A stretch of 64,000 bases of DNA. Source: a virus. Its lineage: Duplodnaviria > Caudoviricetes. The DNA is taken from the IMG/VR virus record IMGVR_UViG_3300033068_001172, positions 4,935 through 68,934 of that record; one strand, 5' to 3'. The position numbers were made by a program, and so were the translations under genes. The stretch's first letter is position 1. Every line of letters starts with the position of its first letter. The notes beneath the pieces are model-generated. The model searched no databases and had not been told where the DNA came from. It saw nothing but the letters and a program-made list of their open reading frames with translations. Shown here in pieces: positions 28,054-37,319 of this stretch.

Positions 28054-30651
28054 TCACACATTGGATGAATTTTCAGCCCTCTGCAACAACAATTCCACAG
28101 GATTTTCACCGTGCAGCCGGTCCAGCCGAGCCCACACGCTCTGCCGCGACGCTCCCACTGGGTGCTTCCCGAACGGAGCGAACCCGGCGTTGCGTAGGGC
28201 GTGGGTCAGCCGGGCCTTGGTGACGTTCTTCAACCCACCAAGGTCAATGGCGGTCTGCAACGCGCCAAACGCGAGCACGTCGTTGCCGATGAGCGGACTG
28301 CTGCCCTCCTCCCAGGCTTCGGTGATCGCGGCAGTCACCTCGTCGCTGGTGTCCGTGACCATCTCCTGCAAGTAGGTGGTGGCGGGTGCCGGTCCTGACG
28401 GTTTGAAGTTCGACGAGATGGTGCGGTTCTCGAAAAAGTGACGGTAGCCGCCGGCGTGGGTGGCATGGCTCTCGGCGAAGCGGGCGAAATACTCAGGGTC
28501 CTTGTCCACGATGGCCCGGATCTGATCTTTGTGCTGGAGCGCAGACTTCACCACCCACCAGCGGCGGCTGTCCTCTCCAACAACGATGGCGTCGTGGTGA
28601 TTGGTGAAAGCCATGTAGTTGGTCCGGTTCTGCACGTTGCGCGTGTTCTTGGCGCGCTCATTCACAGGCACGTAGTCGTTGGTGATCGGTTCTTTCAGGG
28701 TGTTCATCACCTCGTGACGGTTCTGCCCGGCAACACGCAGCTCCTCGATGCACACCACCTGGCTGCCAAAAGCCCACTCGTTCCATCCTTTCTTGATCGT
28801 GTCACTGTTCACAATTTTGGTGTTGTCGTTGCCCAGCGCCGAGCGCAGCGCATAGAACAGCACGGTCTTACCGCAGCCCTCGCCGCCCTGCACCAGCAGC
28901 GCATGGCGGATCTTGCTGCCGGGGTACTGCACGTTGTAGGCCATCCAGTCGAGCAGGTGGGTGCGGTAGATGGGCTCGGCGATGAGGTTGCAGAGTTGAT
29001 CGCAGATGAGGTCCTCGGCGTAGCTGGAGAGCGCGGGATCGGCCTCGCGATAGCTGCGGCGGTAGATGTTGACGTAGAGCTTGCCGTCCTCGCGGACGAT
29101 GATGTCTTCCGGCGCGGCCGGGTTGTAGGTCACATCGTCCACCGTCTGGCATTTGAGGTGGTTGAGCAGGTAGAGCGACGGCAGGAACTTGGGGGTGCTG
29201 AGCGTGGCCTCGTTCACGTCGCGGTCCAGCGCCTGCAACTCGTCCGCCGTGGGCAGCAGCTTGCGCGAAAACACGCTGTCCAGCACGATGCGTTTGTACT
29301 CCTGCCGCGTGCGGTGCCGCAGGAAGGTGTCGGTGGCGGCCACATAGACGAAGCCCAGGGACCATGGCGGATGCACCACCTCCGAGGACTCGTGCTTCTT
29401 GACGATGAGCGACTCCTTGAGCTTCTTGAGATCGCGCTTCACGTTGATGAGCGGCAGCGGCTGGGAAAAGTCCTGCCGGCTGCGCATCACCAGTGTTTGC
29501 AGCAGCGCCCCTTCCTCCGTGGAGGTGAGCAGCGGGGCGGCAGCGATGCGCTTGACCCCTTCGTTCATGAGCTGGCGGGAGGTGGACGCCTCGAACATCA
29601 GCCATTTGGAGATGGCGTCGAATGCGCTCTCTTTCACCTTGTCACTGTTCCAGCCGCCTTCGACGGCACGCTTCAGCAGCGAGTGAACGGTGATCGGTCT
29701 GCGCCCTTTGGGCTGCTCGGCGTAGGACTTCCACACGGTGGCCGTGTCCTTGTCGGACTCGTACTTGCTGCCGTGGGAGGACCATTCGTCGAACAAGGTG
29801 TAGGCATCATCGTCCTGCGTTGCGCCGAACTGGTGCTTCAGTGCTGCGGCGATGTTGATCCAGTCCGGGCGGGAGCAGTCCGGCTCCACAAAATCCAGCG
29901 CCTCCTTCACCTGCTCCAAGGTGAGGCCGGGCACCGGGGACTGGTAGAACAGCAGGAAATCGTCGAGGGTGTTGGAACTGGTGCTGGAGATGCGTGCAGG
30001 CTTGCCGCCGCTGGTGATGCCGGGCAGTGACTCCGCGTCTGTGGAGATGTCAGACTCCTTGAACGGCTGCCCGTCGAAGTGAGTCACCAGCATCGGGTGC
30101 TCCAGGTCGGGGTCTTGGTCGGCGAAGACGGTTGGGCGGAACATCGCTTGGACTGCGATCACCGACTCTCGCGTTACCTCGGACAAACCGAGCAGCGCGC
30201 AGACCGTGAGCACGGCGTCTGGGTAGCGATCAACGGGGATGGCGTGAGCCTCCACCATGATGCGCAGGCGGGGGTTCTCCGGCGTGGAGGAAAGCGTCTG
30301 GTAGGCGGCGAAGTTGAAAGGTTTCAGCAACTGAATCAGCCTGCCTGGGTCTTCTACGAACTGGCGAGCGTCATCAGAATTGTCGAGATCGACTATCAGC
30401 AGTGAACAAGCTTGGGCGTGCTCCAGCTTTCGTCCTTCCCACGGACTTTTGGGGAATGTGCATGGCACGCAGTATCCGACCTGCTTGGCAACGGAACGCT
30501 CCTTCTTTCCCATCGCCCAGTACTCTTCCCGCGTTACCGAGAGGGGTACAGGCAGGTTGATGAATTGCTGGATGAAATCGAAGAAAGTGGCAGCCGGGGA
30601 GGCGACCAAAGTATGGCTGGAAACACTTTTGCCGGTGAAGAACTTTGGCAT
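28054..30651 (-). CDS. Primase-helicase: AEP/Prim-Pol-like N-terminus, PriCT-2, SF3 helicase
   Basis: LIVDLD and YQTLSSTPENPRLR (AEP-like); PDCSRPDWINIAAAL...FDEWS..GSKY (PriCT-2); LLVQGGEGCGKT (P-loop); CIEE. Confidence 0.85.
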   Translation of the reverse strand: MPKFFTGKSVSSHTLVASPAATFFDFIQQFINLPVPLSVTREEYWAMGKKERSVAKQVGYCVPCTFPKSPWEGRKLEHAQACSLLIVDLDNSDDARQFVEDPGRLIQLLKPFNFAAYQTLSSTPENPRLRIMVEAHAIPVDRYPDAVLTVCALLGLSEVTRESVIAVQAMFRPTVFADQDPDLEHPMLVTHFDGQPFKESDISTDAESLPGITSGGKPARISSTSSNTLDDFLLFYQSPVPGLTLEQVKEALDFVEPDCSRPDWINIAAALKHQFGATQDDDAYTLFDEWSSHGSKYESDKDTATVWKSYAEQPKGRRPITVHSLLKRAVEGGWNSDKVKESAFDAISKWLMFEASTSRQLMNEGVKRIAAAPLLTSTEEGALLQTLVMRSRQDFSQPLPLINVKRDLKKLKESLIVKKHESSEVVHPPWSLGFVYVAATDTFLRHRTRQEYKRIVLDSVFSRKLLPTADELQALDRDVNEATLSTPKFLPSLYLLNHLKCQTVDDVTYNPAAPEDIIVREDGKLYVNIYRRSYREADPALSSYAEDLICDQLCNLIAEPIYRTHLLDWMAYNVQYPGSKIRHALLVQGGEGCGKTVLFYALRSALGNDNTKIVNSDTIKKGWNEWAFGSQVVCIEELRVAGQNRHEVMNTLKEPITNDYVPVNERAKNTRNVQNRTNYMAFTNHHDAIVVGEDSRRWWVVKSALQHKDQIRAIVDKDPEYFARFAESHATHAGGYRHFFENRTISSNFKPSGPAPATTYLQEMVTDTSDEVTAAITEAWEEGSSPLIGNDVLAFGALQTAIDLGGLKNVTKARLTHALRNAGFAPFGKHPVGASRQSVWARLDRLHGENPVELLLQRAENSSNV

Positions 30652-30656
30652 GTGGG

Positions 30657-31175
30657 TCAGTCCTGCGCGGTTCTCAACCTGTCAAAGATTTCCTTCACAA
30701 AATGCTCTGCCCACTTCGGCAGCGTGATCCGGTCGGCATTCTTGGTGTAATACTCTTCGGCAGTGTCACCAAAGGTCAGTCCCATCGCCATCCAGTCGCA
30801 GATCATGCAGACGCAATGGCAGGTAAGCTCGTTGGGGAAGGACTCGTCCGTGATGGCGGTCCAGTTCTCCCAGTGGTGCGGGTTTTCCCTTTTGTGATGG
30901 GTCCATGCACCTTCAAAAATTTGATCCGCCTGCCCAGTGCCTGGCACCGGGAAGAACCTGCGTTGGTATTGGATGAACTCTTGGCGCGACACCTTCGACA
31001 TGTCGTGGTCTGTGATCATGCCGTCGATCACGGACCAGAGATGATCATCGGTGAACGGATGCATGCCTGCGCAGGCTTTCTGAAGCACCTGCCACGACTT
31101 CTGCACCTTGCGGATGTGGTCTTCGAGATAGTCACAGTAGGCGCGGATTCGGTCGATGTGCGGTAGAACATTCAT
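30657..31175 (-). CDS. HD-like phosphohydrolase (DUF5662-like)
   Basis: EDHI...HDMSK...AWTHHKRENPHHWENW...MICDWMAM. Confidence 0.7.
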   Translation of the reverse strand: MNVLPHIDRIRAYCDYLEDHIRKVQKSWQVLQKACAGMHPFTDDHLWSVIDGMITDHDMSKVSRQEFIQYQRRFFPVPGTGQADQIFEGAWTHHKRENPHHWENWTAITDESFPNELTCHCVCMICDWMAMGLTFGDTAEEYYTKNADRITLPKWAEHFVKEIFDRLRTAQD

Positions 31176-31180
31176 ATCAG

Positions 31181-31390
31181 TTAAAATTTAAAAGTTTCCT
31201 TCTCTCCCAGCGCCGTGAGCAGTGCAACCAGCGTGCTCACGCGGAAATCGGTCAGGTCGTTCTCGGCATCACTGATGGTGCCCAGCGCGACACCCGACCT
31301 CTCGGCAAGCTGGGGGATGGTGAGGCCGGCAGTCTGGCGGTAGCGCAGCAGCTTCGCGCCCAGGGTCTCAGGTTTGGCGGAGCGGCTCAT
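31181..31390 (-). CDS. XRE-family HTH protein
   Basis: LRYRQTAGLTIPQLAERSGVALGTISDAEN. Confidence 0.85.
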   Translation of the reverse strand: MSRSAKPETLGAKLLRYRQTAGLTIPQLAERSGVALGTISDAENDLTDFRVSTLVALLTALGEKETFKF

Positions 31391-31518
31391 TGGTCCATCA
31401 AAAAGTTCTTCGCCCGGAATGAGGCAAGGGCTTCATCCGCCGTTTCCTTGGCGAGAGGTTTCCCGGCCGCGACTTGCTCCAAGGCTTTTATCAGAAGCCG
31501 GACATCCTCTTTCTTCAC
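31387..31518 (-). CDS. Small protein (43 aa) not in the ORF track
   Basis: MKKEDVRLLIKALEQVAAGKPLAKETADEALASFRAKNFLMDQ; GTGA and ATGA overlaps with both neighbours. Confidence 0.55.
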   Translation of the reverse strand: MKKEDVRLLIKALEQVAAGKPLAKETADEALASFRAKNFLMDQ

Positions 31519-31727
31519 GCAGACGGGAGGCATCTCCACAACCTCCTGATCTTTCGACCCTCTTCAAGCAGAAAAGCCCGATGCTCGCGGAGCGCGAGTG
31601 CCGCCAGCTTGCGCATACCCTCCATCGGACCCCATGCCTGCAAAGCGTCCAAGGCTGTTGCCAGATTGGCCGAGTCCTTGCGGGCTCTGTCACGTTGCAG
31701 CTTTAACTCGGCGGGGGTGGGTTTCAT
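31515..31727 (-). CDS. Hypothetical protein
   Basis: 70 aa; coupled overlaps. Confidence 0.55.
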   Translation of the reverse strand: MKPTPAELKLQRDRARKDSANLATALDALQAWGPMEGMRKLAALALREHRAFLLEEGRKIRRLWRCLPSA

Positions 31728-31981
31728 GCTTGACGATTCTCCTGTTTGAGCAACTCAACGTGTGCAGTGAGTGATGAATCTGCCATGTCGCGAAACGCCT
31801 TGCACAACCCCACATCCTGAAAACAATCCAAGGCTTCAGCCATGAGTTCGGCATCCTTGCGGGCGGCGTCGCGTTGCTGCTCAAGACGGCGGGCAAAGTT
31901 GGAGTCTATGATTTCTCCTCGGTATCCTTCCCAGTCCGGCATCCAGCAGGCGGCGTCAGTTTCTGGCGTGGGAGTGCTCAT
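31724..31981 (-). CDS. Hypothetical protein
   Basis: 85 aa; MSTPTPETDA, coiled-coil-like. Confidence 0.6.
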   Translation of the reverse strand: MSTPTPETDAACWMPDWEGYRGEIIDSNFARRLEQQRDAARKDAELMAEALDCFQDVGLCKAFRDMADSSLTAHVELLKQENRQA

Positions 31982-32017
31982 GGTGTTTCGCCATAGTGAA
32001 ACTGCACCGGATGTCCG

Positions 32018-32641
32018 TCAACCCCAAAAATCGGCGTCCTCGTCTTTTTCCGCGAGCAGGGCTGGCACGGCGGCTGCGGGTGCCAGGAACTCGGGGACAA
32101 CAGCTTCCTTCAGTTTAAAGAAACGCCGTGCTCCCGGCTCCATCTTGATCGCGTCATGATCGGCGCTGGTGATGAGAAATTGATCGTACTTTGCAGGCTT
32201 ATCGTACATACCCGACAACAGGCCCATGTCCTCCACGCCCCAGCGGGTGCACCCGTCGTGCTGAGCCAGCCGGTTCTGCAATGTCGCGATGTCACCTTTG
32301 GCCTTCCTCGGGAAATACGCATACATCACGTACCGCGCTGCATGCACCTTGTCCGCCAGGATCACATCGACCAGCGCCACCGAGTGGGTGCCTGTCACCT
32401 CATCGACGAACTTGACGGCATGCTCCAGCGGCACGAACAGGTGCAGCACCGGGTCGTCCATGAGAACGTCCTCGGCGTGGTCGGTGAGCGTGCCAAGCTG
32501 TGTGACCTTGTGCGCGGCTGCGGCTTCGCCCAGATAGACAGAAAAGCCGTTGGACTCGTGCAGCAGGTGCAGGGTTGCGCGGGGTGCTGCGGCGCGCATG
32601 GCATCGAGCTTGGACTTGAAGAGGGAGTGGAAGAAGTTCAT
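32018..32641 (-). CDS. Hypothetical protein ending in acidic-FWG
   Basis: About 207 aa; C-terminus EKDEDADFWG. Confidence 0.7.
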   Translation of the reverse strand: MNFFHSLFKSKLDAMRAAAPRATLHLLHESNGFSVYLGEAAAAHKVTQLGTLTDHAEDVLMDDPVLHLFVPLEHAVKFVDEVTGTHSVALVDVILADKVHAARYVMYAYFPRKAKGDIATLQNRLAQHDGCTRWGVEDMGLLSGMYDKPAKYDQFLITSADHDAIKMEPGARRFFKLKEAVVPEFLAPAAAVPALLAEKDEDADFWG

Positions 32642-33108
32642 CAGCAACCAAGGTTTTCCAGGGTTTCGTCGAGCTTCTTCACGGCCTCGGCATTGGAGAG
32701 CAAAGCTTTCACGCGGGATGCCTCATCATCTCCGAGGGCTGCAATGATTTCACGCTTGGCTCGGGGAGAATCAAAATCGCGGATGTCGGGTAGTTTGCGC
32801 AGTTCTTCCTGGAGCTTCTTCAGACCAGCAGGGATGACTTTGATGGTGAACTCCAGCTCCGGTGTGTACTGCGCCGAACTGAGACGCACGTCGAAGTTGT
32901 GCGGGCTCACGGCCATTTCGGATTTCAGGAACTCGGCGATCTCCGCACGTTTTGCCTCCCGTTTTTGGTCAGCCTGCTTTTTTACTTCATAGTGTTTGGC
33001 GGCAGCACGCTCAACCAGTGCAGCAATGATGTCAGCTTTGCGCGGTCTCGGTTGATTGGCTGGAAGCGAGGATGTGGCGAGGGCAAGAGTTGTCGTTTTG
33101 GGTTTCAT
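32641..33108 (-). CDS. Hypothetical helical protein
   Basis: 155 aa with ATG start. Confidence 0.65.
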   Translation of the reverse strand: MKPKTTTLALATSSLPANQPRPRKADIIAALVERAAAKHYEVKKQADQKREAKRAEIAEFLKSEMAVSPHNFDVRLSSAQYTPELEFTIKVIPAGLKKLQEELRKLPDIRDFDSPRAKREIIAALGDDEASRVKALLSNAEAVKKLDETLENLGC

Positions 33109-33317
33109 GTGCGGGCGGTGTTGTGGGTTGAAAAGGGAAAAGTTGTCCCGCCGCTCCGTGGATTGCCGAAAGCAGGCGGCTGGGTGCTGCTCCTATGCCC
33201 GTCTGCACCACAAGGAAAAATGCGCGGCGGTCGGGCATTGGACTCTTTGACGGGCCTTGCGGCCCCACGGCTTATCCTTTCCCAGCCCACACGGCGAGAC
33301 TGGAAAACTTGTCGGGG

Positions 33318-33638
33318 TTATCCCCAGAAATCTGGATCTTCGGCAACGGCGAGGCCGTTCTTTATCTTCTCGCGCAGCAGTCGCATGCGTTGCCCCATCC
33401 ACTGCGGATGGGCCTTCTGGCGTTTGGCATTCCATGCCGCGCTCTTGGTCAGGTCGATCAGCTCGTCACGGATCTTGGGCTTGCTGCCGCTGCCCGGCTT
33501 GCGCGGGGCTTTGGGCTTGCCCATCTCCAGCCGGTGGCGCAGCACGGTGTTGGGGTGGCAGCCGACGATTTCGGCGATCTCGTCGTTGCGCATCTTGGAC
33601 CAGGCGATGGTGCGTGGGTATTTTACTTTGTCGGACAT
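33318..33638 (-). CDS. HTH protein of a locally expanded family, ending in acidic-FWG
   Basis: IAWSKMRNDEIAEIVGCHPNTVLRHR; C-terminus VAEDPDFWG. Confidence 0.7.
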   Translation of the reverse strand: MSDKVKYPRTIAWSKMRNDEIAEIVGCHPNTVLRHRLEMGKPKAPRKPGSGSKPKIRDELIDLTKSAAWNAKRQKAHPQWMGQRMRLLREKIKNGLAVAEDPDFWG

Positions 33639-34036
33639 TGCGGGGTGTGGGTGTCGCCGGCGGGATGGAAGCTGTATGGGTCGAAGGTCAGCAGGAACGC
33701 TTTGGCACGTTGTGCTGCGGTGGCTGAACGGAAGGGTGCAACCGCGTAAAGATCGAACTGGGGGAACTGGTTGTTGCGAACAACGTCCCACGGGTCTTGC
33801 GTCGGGATTGGCGTGTCGGTGACAACGACCCAGAGCCATTTGGAATAGAGGTATTCGTCGAGAGCAGTGTGCAACTCCATCTGGAAAGCACCGTTGAGGT
33901 CTTCATCGGGAGGACCGGTGACGGCACCAGTTGCCCAGAGCCATTGCTCTGGCTCGCCTTCAAAGATTACTGCCCGCCGCAGACCTGTCGGTTTGAAGAT
34001 GACAGCGATTTTCTGGCGTTGCTGGTCAGGAGTCAT
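33623..34036 (-). CDS. Hypothetical protein
   Basis: 137 aa; ATGA overlap with the upstream gene. Confidence 0.6.
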   Translation of the reverse strand: MTPDQQRQKIAVIFKPTGLRRAVIFEGEPEQWLWATGAVTGPPDEDLNGAFQMELHTALDEYLYSKWLWVVVTDTPIPTQDPWDVVRNNQFPQFDLYAVAPFRSATAAQRAKAFLLTFDPYSFHPAGDTHTPQCPTK

Positions 34037-34221
34037 GGCTGCGCCTCCTTGGTGGGGAAAATGAGATGCCCGTCGTTAATGGCCGAGACGATGTAGGACA
34101 CCAAGGTTTTGTCGCCATTGGTATGGGGCGACTTGGTACGGCAAAGCTCATCACCATTCCTGTCGGTCACGACAAAACAGTCAGCATACTGCTCGTAGGT
34201 GTAGTCGGCGGTCTGGGGCAT
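34033..34221 (-). CDS. Hypothetical protein
   Basis: 62 aa. Confidence 0.55.
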   Translation of the reverse strand: MPQTADYTYEQYADCFVVTDRNGDELCRTKSPHTNGDKTLVSYIVSAINDGHLIFPTKEAQP

Positions 34222-34265
34222 GAGGGTAAGATGGGTTAAGGTTTAACAGTTGGCAAGGGGAAAGA

Positions 34266-34517
34266 TCACTTGGATGGGGTGAAAGAGACGGAGCCTTCCA
34301 CAAAGTCGAAAGCTTCGCGGTACCAAGCCAAAGATACATATCCCACTGCGAAGGCCAAGGTGTCACTGGCAATGACAAACCCCTCCACAAAGCCGTCAGA
34401 CTCCCGGCCCGTCCAAACAGCCATGAGAGTAATCGGGTCACGGTTGCCGCGTAGAAAGCGAGTGCGGCGCGCAATGGGGTCGGCTTTGCGCCATTCGAGG
34501 TACTGTTCTTGGGTCAT
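34266..34517 (-). CDS. Hypothetical protein
   Basis: 83 aa. Confidence 0.55.
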   Translation of the reverse strand: MTQEQYLEWRKADPIARRTRFLRGNRDPITLMAVWTGRESDGFVEGFVIASDTLAFAVGYVSLAWYREAFDFVEGSVSFTPSK

Positions 34518-34523
34518 GGCAGT

Positions 34524-34775
34524 TTAATTTCGGCGTTTCTCAAACCGGCGGTACCACTTGGCACCACGGTTGCGGCGTTCGTAGGCCGACTCCTTCGGAA
34601 TGAAAAGCTGCTCGGCAGCCTGTTCTGGCTCAGTGGTGAAATCCTGCTCGATGGAGTCCAGATCAATCGCTGGCCCGTGGTAGGTGCGAACGCCCATGCC
34701 ATCCGCCAAAGCCAGCAGGATCATCGTGGTCTCCATCTCCGTTTTGCCGGTGCTGTGTGGGCGCAGGGTGATCAT
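34524..34775 (-). CDS. Hypothetical protein
   Basis: 83 aa; ATGA overlap. Confidence 0.5.
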   Translation of the reverse strand: MITLRPHSTGKTEMETTMILLALADGMGVRTYHGPAIDLDSIEQDFTTEPEQAAEQLFIPKESAYERRNRGAKWYRRFEKRRN

Positions 34776-35089
34776 GGCAGTTGTGCGCAGCAGGTTCGTT
34801 GTTTGATCGCGGCCACCTCGTCACGCTGCAAGGCGTTGCCGGGGTCCTCGGACCACAGGAATGCCCACACGGCTTCGAGGCGTTTGACCCTGGCGCGCAT
34901 GGTGAGAGCCTTCATGGGTCGTCCGGTCCTGTCGTATTTGCCACTGCCGGGGGAGCGTGGTCCCGTTGGCAGTTTGCGGCGGTAGCGGTACTGGCTGATC
35001 CGTTTGATGGGGAGGCCGGTCTCGGCCGCAATGGCGGCGTTGGACTTTTCAGCCCAGCCGGTGACGTTGAACAGGGGGTTGGCGGTCAT
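34772..35089 (-). CDS. HTH protein of the locally expanded family
   Basis: TGWAEKSNAAIAAETGLPIKRISQYR...PTGPRSPGSG. Confidence 0.65.
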   Translation of the reverse strand: MTANPLFNVTGWAEKSNAAIAAETGLPIKRISQYRYRRKLPTGPRSPGSGKYDRTGRPMKALTMRARVKRLEAVWAFLWSEDPGNALQRDEVAAIKQRTCCAQLP

Positions 35090-35235
35090 AGTCCGTTCTC
35101 CTGCCAAAGGTGTTCCACGAAGTTGGTTGCCTCGGCGACTCTGCGCCACCGTTTGCGAAACTGTTCGCGGCGGTCGGTCTCCCGCCGGGCCGGCAGGAAC
35201 ACGCGATGAAGGATGAGGGCGGGAGGTGTTTTCAT
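35086..35235 (-). CDS. Small hypothetical protein
   Basis: 49 aa; MKTPPALI; overlaps both neighbours. Confidence 0.45.
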   Translation of the reverse strand: MKTPPALILHRVFLPARRETDRREQFRKRWRRVAEATNFVEHLWQENGL

Positions 35236-35525
35236 GGTGCAAGGGTAAGTTCGGCCAGCCGCAGCGCCATCAGACGGGCGTTTTGTGAATCCCAGTTTTG
35301 GTCCTCCCACCATCCGATGCGCCCATCCCGATGCATGGGACGAAAGAGGTAATCGAAATATGCTTCGGCTTTGTCGGACATCTGGCGATCCTTTTTCGAT
35401 GCTTTGGCAATGCAGTCGCAGCAGAACTTGGACCAGTGATCCTGCTTCTCCGACATGCGGAGGAGTTTTTGGGCGCGTTGGAAAATGCGCCTGATGGCTT
35501 GTCTGTCAGAGTCTGGTAGGTTCAT
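35232..35525 (-). CDS. Hypothetical protein
   Basis: 97 aa; MNLPDSDRQ. Confidence 0.55.
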   Translation of the reverse strand: MNLPDSDRQAIRRIFQRAQKLLRMSEKQDHWSKFCCDCIAKASKKDRQMSDKAEAYFDYLFRPMHRDGRIGWWEDQNWDSQNARLMALRLAELTLAP

Positions 35526-35698
35526 GCTGGTTTGTCTTTCTGGGTTTTCAAAATCTGTTTTGCGCGGATGCCCGCCGCACGCCTGGCCGCGCCTTCCGTG
35601 GCGTAGCCTTCGCCGATCCAATGACCGTCGAGGACGTAGCGCCACAACACGGCATACGTGGATTGCAGCAGGGGCATTTTCTCGATGAGGGTTTTCAT
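35522..35698 (-). CDS. Small protein (58 aa) not in the ORF track
   Basis: MKTLIEKMPLLQSTYAVLWRYVLDGHWIGEGYATEGAARRAAG...; directly downstream of a promoter. Confidence 0.55.
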   Translation of the reverse strand: MKTLIEKMPLLQSTYAVLWRYVLDGHWIGEGYATEGAARRAAGIRAKQILKTQKDKPA

Positions 35699-35705
35699 GG
35701 CTCGT

Positions 35706-35733
35706 ATGCTAGGCAGAATTTAAACTGTGTCAA
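35706..35733 (-). promoter_or_regulatory. Sigma70-like promoter
   Basis: TTGACA-16 nt-TAGCAT on the minus strand. Confidence 0.55.
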
Positions 35734-35779
35734 TTAGAACTTGTACCCGGCCTGAGTGAGCGCGGCCTTGACCTTTTGA

Positions 35780-36376
35780 TCATGGCCGATGTGGTTGAAT
35801 ACCAAGCTGGACAGCCAGACGACGGAGCAGGCACATCCGCAAGCCGGTTTGTTCGTGCGTCGGGGTGCCGAGCTGGTCGAGCCATTGGTGCAGGGTTTTC
35901 CGCTCCTCCGCGTGGATTGCGGCCTGCGCCTGCTCTGTCTGGCGTTTGCCGGGCTTTCTGGGCGCTTTGACTCCTTTGGAGTATCGAGACCTTGCCGAGG
36001 ATACTGCACCACGCGAGAGGCCACGGGCTTTCGCAATCTGGCTGTCGTGCTGCGTCCAGTCTTGGCCAGCCCATGCAAAATTAGTGTGACGCGGGCGTTG
36101 GAGGTGCCGGGCATACTCTTTACGCTTGGCCGCCACGCATGACCGGGAGCACCCTAAAGCGGTTGCTATGGCGGCGTCATTCTGCGTTTCCCATGGCTGT
36201 TCCCGCCAGTCCACGACAATGCGTTTGTGGGGTGTCACCGGGGCAATCTTAGCTTGGTGCCTGCGACGGCAAATGTTTGATGCATGACAGCCGATTTCTC
36301 GCGCAATCTGCGTATCCGATTTGCTCCAATCAATTTCGGAGTTTTTGGGTATCTTGTTCCGCTTGGTGTATTTCAT
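35780..36376 (-). CDS. Protein with three tandem HTH repeats
   Basis: IDWSKSDTQIAREIGCHASNI; PWETQNDAAIATALGCSRSCV; QDWTQHDSQIAKARGLSRGAV. Confidence 0.75.
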   Translation of the reverse strand: MKYTKRNKIPKNSEIDWSKSDTQIAREIGCHASNICRRRHQAKIAPVTPHKRIVVDWREQPWETQNDAAIATALGCSRSCVAAKRKEYARHLQRPRHTNFAWAGQDWTQHDSQIAKARGLSRGAVSSARSRYSKGVKAPRKPGKRQTEQAQAAIHAEERKTLHQWLDQLGTPTHEQTGLRMCLLRRLAVQLGIQPHRP

Positions 36377-36442
36377 ATTGTGGTCTGCCCTGCTTATGGG
36401 TTGGGTGTATTCAATTTATCGGCGCGGCGCTCGTTCATGATC

Positions 36443-36721
36443 TCAGAATGTGAGGTGACAGAGCGGCAGCGCTTTAGCCCGCATGTTGATAGTTGCCTGC
36501 TTGGCACAGGCCACGTTTTCGGGCAGTGCATACCATTCATACCAGCGTTTGGCCAGCACGCGAGGTCCGCCACGGTCGGACTCGTTGTACCTGTAGTACA
36601 CTTGATCTTGTGGCAGCAGTTTCTTTTGTGCATAGCTGATCTTCAGCAGACGGGCTTTGTCAGGGCTTTCTGCAATCGGACGGTTTTCGGTTTGGGGGCG
36701 ATGGCCCACGAGTTTAGGCAT
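36443..36721 (-). CDS. Hypothetical early protein
   Basis: 92 aa; preceded by the repeated leader module. Confidence 0.55.
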   Translation of the reverse strand: MPKLVGHRPQTENRPIAESPDKARLLKISYAQKKLLPQDQVYYRYNESDRGGPRVLAKRWYEWYALPENVACAKQATINMRAKALPLCHLTF

Positions 36722-36879
36722 ATTGTTGTCTCCTGTTTTTAGTTTGCTCTGCTTGTGCTTCTAACGTGGCCAGCGTCTCCCGCTGGAAATTTGTCTGAGT
36801 AACCTGCTCACATCCGCCCCCCGGCCCGTGATGGCTGTTCATGCCATAGACGGCGGGGCGGTGGTGGGCGGGCTGGTAC

Positions 36880-37206
36880 CTAGGCCGGGCGGCGCTTGAT
36901 CCGATAGGTGCCACCTTCGTTCTCACGGTAGGTCTTGAGCTGTGCGAGTGCTTCCTTGTGGGTGCTCTCAACGCACAGGTCCTCCCATCCGTGAGCGCCA
37001 TAATTGCCCTGCAACACATGCTCATACTGCGCAATGTAGGCGGTACCGGCTGGCATGCGCTGCACGGGTGCAAGACCATCGTGAGCACGGCAGGAATTAT
37101 AATCCCAGAGTGCCTTCACACGATAAGATTCACGGCCTCCCGTGCTGACTGTGGTTGTGTAGCTGCCGACTTCGTCGGTCGGTGGAACTTTGACGATGTA
37201 TTTCAT
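36880..37206 (-). CDS. Hypothetical early protein
   Basis: MKYIVKVPP...; ATG at 37206 preceded by the repeated leader AAAAACAGGAAAGCAGATT. Confidence 0.6.
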   Translation of the reverse strand: MKYIVKVPPTDEVGSYTTTVSTGGRESYRVKALWDYNSCRAHDGLAPVQRMPAGTAYIAQYEHVLQGNYGAHGWEDLCVESTHKEALAQLKTYRENEGGTYRIKRRPA

Positions 37207-37319
37207 AATCTGCTTTCCTGTTTTTGTGTTGTTATCCTGCTCTGCTTCTGGCGGTCTCGTCAGTGAGGGCCTGACCCCCAGACCGCCCCGCGTAGGCGGG
37301 GACGGTTTCGACCTGTGGT

